Shown here: one piece after another, positions 35,593 through 41,600 of the stretch
Numbering within the stretch: position 1 is the first letter of the stretch
How the letters are laid out: the number at the start of each line of letters is the position of its first letter
Origin: Thermoleophilia bacterium
GTDB taxonomy: Bacteria; Actinomycetota; Thermoleophilia; Gaiellales; SKUG01
DNA: 46,896 bases
Direction of reading: 5' to 3'
NCBI GenBank assembly: GCA_025964465.1
Contig: JAOPYS010000244.1
Span: 1-46,896, forward strand
The notes under the pieces: model-generated
Databases searched by the model: none
Told to the model about the DNA's origin: nothing
The model's input: the letters and a program-made list of their open reading frames with translations, nothing else
Made by a program: the position numbers and the translations under genes

Positions 35593-36095
35593 GAGAACAC
35601 GCCCAGCGCCAGCAGCACGCCGTCGACGATGACGACCATGACGGCGGCGATCGCGACGATGCCGAGCCAGTCGCCCCGCACCGCACCTTCCTCGCGCGGC
35701 GGGAGCGGCGTGACGCCCCGCGGCGGGCCGCCGAACAGCGGCGTCGTGTTCACGACCGTCGTCGGCGCCGCCTCCCTCACCGCCTCCAGCAGACCCGAGC
35801 GGCGAGCATCCGCAGCCATCACGGCACCGCGCCCAGCCACAGCCTCCTTGCGCAGCAGGTACCGCCCGATGGTCACGAGCGCCGGAAGGCCGATCGCCCC
35901 GGCCACGACGGCGATCCGATCGAGGGTGCGATCCCACAGCCACGGAGGCGCAGCGAGGGCGAAGATGACGACGGTGAGCGCGACGGCGTACGCGATGAGA
36001 GCGTCCGGATCGCGGCGGATGTGCTTGACGGCGAGCGGGTCCACGAGGGCCTCCACGTTCGGGGGTACGTGGTGGCGGCGTCCGCGAGGTGTCAC
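35589..36095 (-). CDS. 3-TM membrane protein, holin-like by position
   Basis: Hydrophobic helices ALIAYAVALTVVIFALAA, IAVVAGAIGLPALVTIG and WLGIVAIAAVMVVIVDGVLLALGV. Lies immediately upstream of the endolysin. Confidence 0.55.
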   Translation of the reverse strand: MTPRGRRHHVPPNVEALVDPLAVKHIRRDPDALIAYAVALTVVIFALAAPPWLWDRTLDRIAVVAGAIGLPALVTIGRYLLRKEAVAGRGAVMAADARRSGLLEAVREAAPTTVVNTTPLFGGPPRGVTPLPPREEGAVRGDWLGIVAIAAVMVVIVDGVLLALGVFS

Positions 36096-36289
36096 AACTT
36101 CGTGACGATCCCGCGCGCAGGGTTGCGCGGCGCCAGCGCGACGCGCACCATCACGGCATGGACGATCACGACCGCCCCAATCGCACCGAGCTCGCCGGCG
36201 CCGCCCTGCTCGGCCTGCTCCTCGCGGGCGCCGTGCTCACGGCCGCCTGGCGCGTGCTGGCGTAGAAGACGAAACGGCCGGAGGCGCAA
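36092..36289 (-). CDS. tentative small single-TM protein
   Basis: GC3 is about 90% in this frame. Its stop overlaps GTG 36095 (GTGA). TTG 36289 lies 5 nt after GGAGG, and the start sits in the loop of the 36273-36306 hairpin. Confidence 0.35.
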   Translation of the reverse strand: MRLRPFRLLRQHAPGGREHGAREEQAEQGGAGELGAIGAVVIVHAVMVRVALAPRNPARGIVTKL

Positions 36290-36306
36290 CACGCCCTCCG
36301 GCCGTT
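36273..36306 (-). terminator. strong stem-loop, likely late-operon terminator/attenuator
   Basis: Perfect 12-bp stem AACGGCCGGAGG / CCTCCGGCCGTT with a 10-nt loop. On the minus strand it is followed by TTCGTCTTCT. Confidence 0.55.
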
Positions 36307-36639
36307 CCTGATGTTGCCGCCCCCTCCGCGCCATTCGGCGGGCAGCTGGCGGGTCTCCTTGTGGTGCGTCTCGGTATCCACCGTGTCGCGCCTTCTCAGC
36401 GCGTCGAACAATAGCGGAATGCGTCGGACGCTGTGGCGCCTGCCAACACAGTGTCGCCGAATCCCGCTCTGAGCGAGAAATCCGGCCAATCACACCGCCG
36501 GACCGGTAGTCGGGGGCTACTCAGTCCGGCACGGCCAGTAGGATCGGCATGACGCCTGCGGAGTCTCGTCTTCTCAGCGGAATGCGCAGGTAGCTGCGGG
36601 CGTCATCGCCATCCATCCACCGAACCAAAGGAGCAGGCC

Positions 36640-36780
36640 ATGAGCCTGAACCAGCCGCCGGGGGCATCCCGGCACTTCGAGCCGATCGACCAGCCAGTGC
36701 ACATCTACGCGCCCTCGGGACGCGTGATGTGGACAGTGATGCCGCCGGGTGACCGCCCGGTGATCATCATGGCTCGCTGA
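36640..36780 (+). CDS. 46-aa mini-protein on the opposite strand to all flanking late genes
   Basis: AAAGGAG lies 6 nt before ATG 36640. GC3 is about 87%. Sequence MSLNQPPGASRHFEPIDQPVHIYAPSGRVMWTVMPPGDRPVIIMAR. It is below the ORF-track size cutoff. Confidence 0.5.
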   Translation: MSLNQPPGASRHFEPIDQPVHIYAPSGRVMWTVMPPGDRPVIIMAR

Positions 36781-36800
36781 TCGTCTCGCACGCAACCAAC

Positions 36801-36824
36801 GGGGGTCGGCTTCGGCCGGCCCCC
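36801..36824. terminator. 10-bp stem / TTCG tetraloop hairpin downstream of the mini-gene
   Basis: GGGGGTCGGC-TTCG-GCCGGCCCCC (one G-U pair), 20 nt after stop 36780. Confidence 0.45.
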
Positions 36825-36948
36825 CGCGGTGCGAGCGCCATCGGCATCGAGCGCCCGCAACCTTGAGTCCTTCGTCACCGTCCGACGCGTCTGACGCGTC
36901 CGACACCCCCGTCTTCGAGTCCGGGGATCGAACTCCTGCCCCACCGGA

Positions 36949-37242
36949 TCATCCCGAAACGGAATCCGCTCCGGCGAGCGCATCCTCACCAGCCGCTCGC
37001 GCCCGCCGCGGCACCAGGTAGAACGCGCCATCCGCGAGCTCGTCGATCGCCTCCGACTCCAGCGCCACCTCGTCACGGTGCCACGTGCGGTCGCCGTACT
37101 CCGCGAGGCCGATGCTCGACACGCGCAGGATCGTGCGCCGGCGGATCTCCGGGCGCCGTGCGAGCAGCAGCGCCGCGAGGTCGTCGAGGGCCGCGTCGAC
37201 GTGCTGCTCGACCATGCGCATCTGCTCGGTGGCTTCGATCAT
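36949..37242 (-). CDS. small acidic protein, last gene of the 4-gene accessory operon
   Basis: ATG 37242 overlaps the stop of the phosphoesterase gene (ATGA 37239-37242). 97 aa, D/E-rich. Confidence 0.55.
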   Translation of the reverse strand: MIEATEQMRMVEQHVDAALDDLAALLLARRPEIRRRTILRVSSIGLAEYGDRTWHRDEVALESEAIDELADGAFYLVPRRARAAGEDALAGADSVSG

Positions 37243-38618
37243 GCTGCCCCGTCCAGCGCGGCGAGGAGTTTCGCCGCCGGCTGGTCCGATTCCATCGCGC
37301 CCCACGCGTACCGGCTCTTGCCCGCGCCGATCGACGTGAGGTCGATGGGGTGCTGCGCGATCAGGTCGTGATCGGGGTGCACCGCCTCGACGAGGAACTG
37401 CGGGGGGCCGTATTTCCCGAGGCTGTCGAGCACGAACGAGTCGACGCCCTTCGGCGACGGGCACAGACCGATGTCCGCCGCGCCAGCGACCCAGTAGAAC
37501 AGCGTGTGGAAGTGGCCGTAGCGACTGTGGCGCACCACGCTGTTGATGGACTCGGCCGCGAGCTGCGCGAGCACCAGGCTCCACTCCCGCGTCGCGTCGT
37601 GCTGCTTCTTCAAGCCGTACGCGGGGATGCCGAGCGACCCACCCCCGCCGCGCGCCGCGTCGCCATGCGAGAACGCCCACCGGCTCGGGCCGATCTGCGT
37701 GGTGATGGTGTACCCCTGCGCGAGCTCGAAGCTGATGTTCGGGATCTTCGACACGAGCGCCGCCGTCATCTCGTGGACGAGCGACTCCCACGACGTCTGC
37801 TGGCGGCTGCTACCCGTCGGCATGCGGTGTGCCTGCGTGCGCGGATGGTTGCCCGTCGTGCCGATGTACCGCACGCGCTTGAATCGGGACGCGAGCTCCG
37901 TGAGGATCTGCGCCTGCACCATCGAGAAGTCGACGGTTTGCTTGCCGGCGCGTGCGTAGTACTCGGCGCTGTCCGGGTGGATGCTGCCGCCGATGCCGTC
38001 GCCGTTCTCGACGTACACGATCTCGTCGACGCCGTGCTCCGCCTCGTAGTTGTCGGCGATCCGCATGATCGTGTCGACCGTGTGCTGCAGCCGCATCGCG
38101 GCGATGTCGGGGCTGTACGCGTTGATGCCCTGGATGGTGCGCGCCTCGACGATCTCGCCCCAGTGGATGTCGGTGGCGTGCCACACCAGCGTCAACGGCT
38201 TGCGGCGCCCTCGGCGCCGCTCCGGGAGGGGCTTCGGTGGGGGCAGTGCGAGGCCGGTGAGCGCGGGCGCCATGAGGTCGCGGATGTCCTCGAGGAGGTT
38301 CTCGCGCTTCGCGAGGTGCTTCACCTCGACGCGCAGGCTGCGCAGTTCCGCATCCTTGCGGTCGATCGCGCGACGCATCGTGACGAGCTCTGCCGGCTCG
38401 ACCTCGCGGACGACCGGAGTGACCGATGGGTCGGCGTCTCCGCCGCCCGGGGTGCAGCGGTGGCCGGACCGGAGTTCGTGCTTCCGGGACCATGTCTGGA
38501 GGGTGTTGCGAGCGACGCCCGTGGCGGCGGCTACGCGGTTCAGGCTTCCGTGCTTCGTCAGTGCTTCGGCGAGGGCGTCCTTGTCCCAGTACCACTGCCG
38601 TGCGCGGGTGTCAGCCAT
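37239..38618 (-). CDS. HTH + coiled-coil + calcineurin-like metallophosphoesterase
   Basis: ATG 38618 (GGAGA upstream) lies inside listed ORF 37239..38993. HTH 'GSLNRVAAATGVARNTLQTWSRKH'. MPP motifs in order: 'ATDIHWG' (DxH), 'ENGDGIGG' (GD), 'TTGNHPR' (GNH), 'FSHGD' and 'YGHFHT' (GHxH). Confidence 0.7.
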   Translation of the reverse strand: MADTRARQWYWDKDALAEALTKHGSLNRVAAATGVARNTLQTWSRKHELRSGHRCTPGGGDADPSVTPVVREVEPAELVTMRRAIDRKDAELRSLRVEVKHLAKRENLLEDIRDLMAPALTGLALPPPKPLPERRRGRRKPLTLVWHATDIHWGEIVEARTIQGINAYSPDIAAMRLQHTVDTIMRIADNYEAEHGVDEIVYVENGDGIGGSIHPDSAEYYARAGKQTVDFSMVQAQILTELASRFKRVRYIGTTGNHPRTQAHRMPTGSSRQQTSWESLVHEMTAALVSKIPNISFELAQGYTITTQIGPSRWAFSHGDAARGGGGSLGIPAYGLKKQHDATREWSLVLAQLAAESINSVVRHSRYGHFHTLFYWVAGAADIGLCPSPKGVDSFVLDSLGKYGPPQFLVEAVHPDHDLIAQHPIDLTSIGAGKSRYAWGAMESDQPAAKLLAALDGAA

Positions 38619-39063
38619 CCGTCTCCGATGTGGGGGGTGGATCGGTAGCCCTTCGCGGGGCGCGCGGCATCGGCACCGGCACCACCGCGGGGATCGCCGG
38701 CGCGACGTTGCGCAGCTCGTCGATGCGTCCCTGCAGCTCGCGCGCCATCGCCTCCGACGCGACGCGCGCGTCGTGCTCGATCTCGTAGCGCGCCTGCCAC
38801 GCCGCCGCCTCACGCTCTGCCTGGCCACGCTCCCCGCGGAGCGCGTCCATCTCGAGTTCCATCTCGCGTTGCTTCGTCTCGAGATCCTCGATGCGCTGCA
38901 AGAGCTGCGCGTTGAAGCCGACGGCGTTGTCGACGAGATCCCCGCGGCGCACGGTGCGCTCGTTCCGGCTGGCACGCAGCGCGGCGCGCACACCGAGCAG
39001 CGTCAGGAGCATGGTGAGGAACATCCCCGCCGTCGTCAGCATCGTGGTGATGACGGCGCTCAC
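38611..39063 (-). CDS. single-TM, coiled-coil membrane protein
   Basis: GTG 39063 overlaps the upstream stop (GTGA). TM 'VITTMLTTAGMFLTMLLTLLGV', then heptad-like 'LLQRIEDLETKQREMELEMDALRGERGQAEREAAAWQARYE'. It overlaps the next gene by 8 nt. Confidence 0.6.
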   Translation of the reverse strand: MSAVITTMLTTAGMFLTMLLTLLGVRAALRASRNERTVRRGDLVDNAVGFNAQLLQRIEDLETKQREMELEMDALRGERGQAEREAAAWQARYEIEHDARVASEAMARELQGRIDELRNVAPAIPAVVPVPMPRAPRRATDPPPTSETDG

Positions 39064-39479
39064 CGCGGCGCCCCGCGCAGGTACGGGTACCGGCTCAGCT
39101 CGATCAGCAGCAGCCCAACGGCGGCGTACACGAGCGGTGTGCCCAGCAGCGACGACCAACCGAGCGGGATCGGCGCGGTGACCGGCTCGACGCCGAGCGC
39201 CGTGGCGACGACGCGCGCGACGAACCCGAGGCTGTGCACGATCCACGCGACGCCCGCGAGGACGTACCCGACGCGCTCGAACTCCTCGCCGTGCTTGAGG
39301 GTGCCGATGGCGGCGAGGATGGCGCCGGTGAGCATGACGATGCCGATGGCGTCGTCGACGCGGCCGACGCCGAGGCTGCCGTAGTAGCTGTAGAACGGGG
39401 AGAGGTCGCGGACGAAGGCGAAGTCGAACCCGACCCACGCGCTTGCCAGAATGACCGATCGACGCACCACGCGCCCCAC
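39060..39479 (-). CDS. 4-TM small membrane protein
   Basis: 139 aa with four hydrophobic helices. GTG 39479 lies 29 nt downstream of the minor tail gene stop. Confidence 0.6.
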   Translation of the reverse strand: MGRVVRRSVILASAWVGFDFAFVRDLSPFYSYYGSLGVGRVDDAIGIVMLTGAILAAIGTLKHGEEFERVGYVLAGVAWIVHSLGFVARVVATALGVEPVTAPIPLGWSSLLGTPLVYAAVGLLLIELSRYPYLRGAPR

Positions 39480-39508
39480 CCCCTTGAGGCCGCGTCCGTG
39501 ACGCCCGG

Positions 39509-41581
39509 TCAGCGCGTCGCGGCCGACAGTCGGGCGCGGACGACGCTGATGAAGTCCTGGGGGTCGTCGATGCCGATCTCGACGGTGTCAGTCGCCTCGG
39601 TGTACTTGGCGGTGCGGATGATGCCCTGCCGCCCGAACGCGCCCGTGTTCGGGTCCTGCAGATTCTCGATCAGCAGCGAGTCGAGCACGCGCGCTGGGAG
39701 GGCGCTGACCGCGATCGAGCCGCCTCCCTTCGTGCGGATGCGGCCGGTGACCGAGATGGTGCCCTTGAACGGGGGGAACTGCGCGGCGTCGAGTTCCAGC
39801 TGCGCGACCTGGAGGGCGGCGGCGGCGGTGCTGCGTCCGTCCATCGCCTTCAGTGCGGTGCGCCGCATGCCGCGGCGGTCGACTACCGTCGCGGCCCCCT
39901 CGTACAGCTCGACGTCGTCCATGTAAAGCACGACGCCCGCGAATCCCGACCCGCCGGGCAGCAGACAGTCGAGGGAGAGCTTCACCTCGCCGCCAACCGC
40001 GGTAGTGATGGGCACGTCCACGGTCACCCAGGTGTTCACGGGCGCGGCGTCGACGATCGGCCCGATGTTGTAGCCCGCGGCGCCCGAGGTGGTGTTGATC
40101 GTCGTGACGGTGGTTCCGAGCGCGCCGCGCACGATGAGTTGCCCGATCGCGGTGGTGCGGTAGAGACGCAGACGAACGGTCTTCTTCGCTTCGCTCTGGC
40201 CGGTGAGGATGGTGGGGCTGATGAAGCCGAAGGTGCCGAACGCGGTGGATAGCTGCGCGGAGTACGAGCCGGTGAACGCGACGGTCGTGGATGCCGCGAT
40301 CGATCCGCTCGTGGCCGTCCAGCCGGCGGTCACGCCTCCCTCGAACGATCCGGTGTTGAACTGGAATCGCGATGCGATGTACGGGTTCTCGGCGGTGGCG
40401 TACGATCGGACGCCTGCCGCGTCCTCGAACTCGCTGATGACGCGACTGAACACCGAGCGCCCGTCCTGCGCCGCTGGCTCTGCGAGGCGGTACTCCTCGG
40501 CGCCGACGACGAAGCTGTAGTCGCTGTCGAGCGGACCGAACTCGGCCACCGGCACTGGGTCGGGGGAGAGGCGGAAGCCGTAGCCGTGGTAGGCGTTCGC
40601 CGCGTCGATCAGCTCATTGCCGTATCGCCAGCCCGGGCTTCCGGGGAAGTTGGGGATGCCGAACGTGGTCGCCTGGATCTTGGAGCGGTCGCTGCTGATG
40701 TTGGGGCACACCGCAGCGAGTACGTCACTGATGACGGTGGGGGCCTTGAGGATCGACAGGTCGCCTGATTCGTCCGCGGCGTTCGTGAACACCTTGAGGC
40801 TGGTGATCTTGAACCACACGTCGGCGCCCGGTGTGTAGCCGGCCGTGGTGTACATGTAGATGTGCACGTAACGCGTCGCCGGCGATGTCGTCCACCGCAA
40901 CGTCCCCGACGCGGCGGCGCTATTCAGGACCGACGTGCCCGTGCCGGACCCGGTCCCGTACAGGTCCGCGTTCGAGTAGCCCTGCATGTACAAGCCCTGA
41001 TTCGCCGTGTTGGCGCTGCTTTCGTAGGTGGCGACGAACCGTGTCGCAAGGTTGTTCGGCCCGAGGTCGAGCGTCACACACGCAGCGCCGCCCGTAGTGA
41101 GCGGTGATCCGCTGGGCGACATGAGCGTCACGGACCCCTCGCCGACGTTCACCTGGGCCCCCGCGTAGCATTTGGCGAGCCCCAGCTGCGCGCTCGGGAT
41201 GGACCGCTGATCCACCAGCCGCGACAGGTCCGCGATCACCCACTCGCGATCGGTGCAGTCGTCCTTCGTGTGCTGCCCCCACCCCTGGCACTGCACCACG
41301 ACCTCCGCGTCCTCCGCGAACGTCGTCGGCACCGCGATGATGCGCCCGCTCCAGCGGTCGTCGTTGCCGTCCTTGATGACGACGGGGGTGAACTGCTCGA
41401 GGATCGCGCGCGGCCACCGCGGGTTGAGCTTCAACCGGAACGACGCCGACAGGCACCCGTACTCCGACGCGTCGCCATCGAACTCGATCGAGCAGGGCAC
41501 GACGCCGTACCCGCCGTCCTGCTGTGTGCCGAGCTTGACCCATCCCGCATCGCGGGGCTGTAGTTCCACGGAGAGCGACAT
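39509..41581 (-). CDS. minor tail protein (Tal-like by position) with C-terminal carbohydrate-binding-like module
   Basis: ATG 41581 lies inside listed ORF 39509..41779. It is the second gene after the tape measure. 'FEGGVTAGWTATSGSIAAS..FTGSYSAQL' resembles CBM4/9-type modules of phage tail proteins. Confidence 0.65.
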   Translation of the reverse strand: MSLSVELQPRDAGWVKLGTQQDGGYGVVPCSIEFDGDASEYGCLSASFRLKLNPRWPRAILEQFTPVVIKDGNDDRWSGRIIAVPTTFAEDAEVVVQCQGWGQHTKDDCTDREWVIADLSRLVDQRSIPSAQLGLAKCYAGAQVNVGEGSVTLMSPSGSPLTTGGAACVTLDLGPNNLATRFVATYESSANTANQGLYMQGYSNADLYGTGSGTGTSVLNSAAASGTLRWTTSPATRYVHIYMYTTAGYTPGADVWFKITSLKVFTNAADESGDLSILKAPTVISDVLAAVCPNISSDRSKIQATTFGIPNFPGSPGWRYGNELIDAANAYHGYGFRLSPDPVPVAEFGPLDSDYSFVVGAEEYRLAEPAAQDGRSVFSRVISEFEDAAGVRSYATAENPYIASRFQFNTGSFEGGVTAGWTATSGSIAASTTVAFTGSYSAQLSTAFGTFGFISPTILTGQSEAKKTVRLRLYRTTAIGQLIVRGALGTTVTTINTTSGAAGYNIGPIVDAAPVNTWVTVDVPITTAVGGEVKLSLDCLLPGGSGFAGVVLYMDDVELYEGAATVVDRRGMRRTALKAMDGRSTAAAALQVAQLELDAAQFPPFKGTISVTGRIRTKGGGSIAVSALPARVLDSLLIENLQDPNTGAFGRQGIIRTAKYTEATDTVEIGIDDPQDFISVVRARLSAATR

Positions 41582-41600
41582 GAAGCCGCGTCCGCGCGCC

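Noticed and set aside
36166-36489. Minus-strand 107-aa ORF in the low-coding gap
   Set aside because: It has a TTG start, mixed GC3 in its first third and an Arg/Gly-rich low-complexity sequence. It overlaps out of frame the better-supported 36092..36289 frame and the 36273-36306 hairpin.
36873-36897. Near-palindrome GTCCGACGCGTCTGACGCGTCCGAC (two GACGCGTC sites)
   Set aside because: It is short and imperfect and lies in a non-coding spacer with no partner sites. There is no basis for assigning a function.
36923-36936. T-arm-like string (minus strand GGAGTTCGATCCCC) suggesting a tRNA
   Set aside because: The flanking bases do not form a T-stem, acceptor stem or anticodon arm.
38611-39479. 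The 4-TM plus 1-TM protein pair as a MotAB/ExbBD/ZorAB-type proton-channel stator
   Set aside because: Both proteins are far too small. The single-TM protein has no conserved Asp in its helix, and there is no large cytoplasmic domain in the 4-TM protein. Only the loose architectural analogy is retained.
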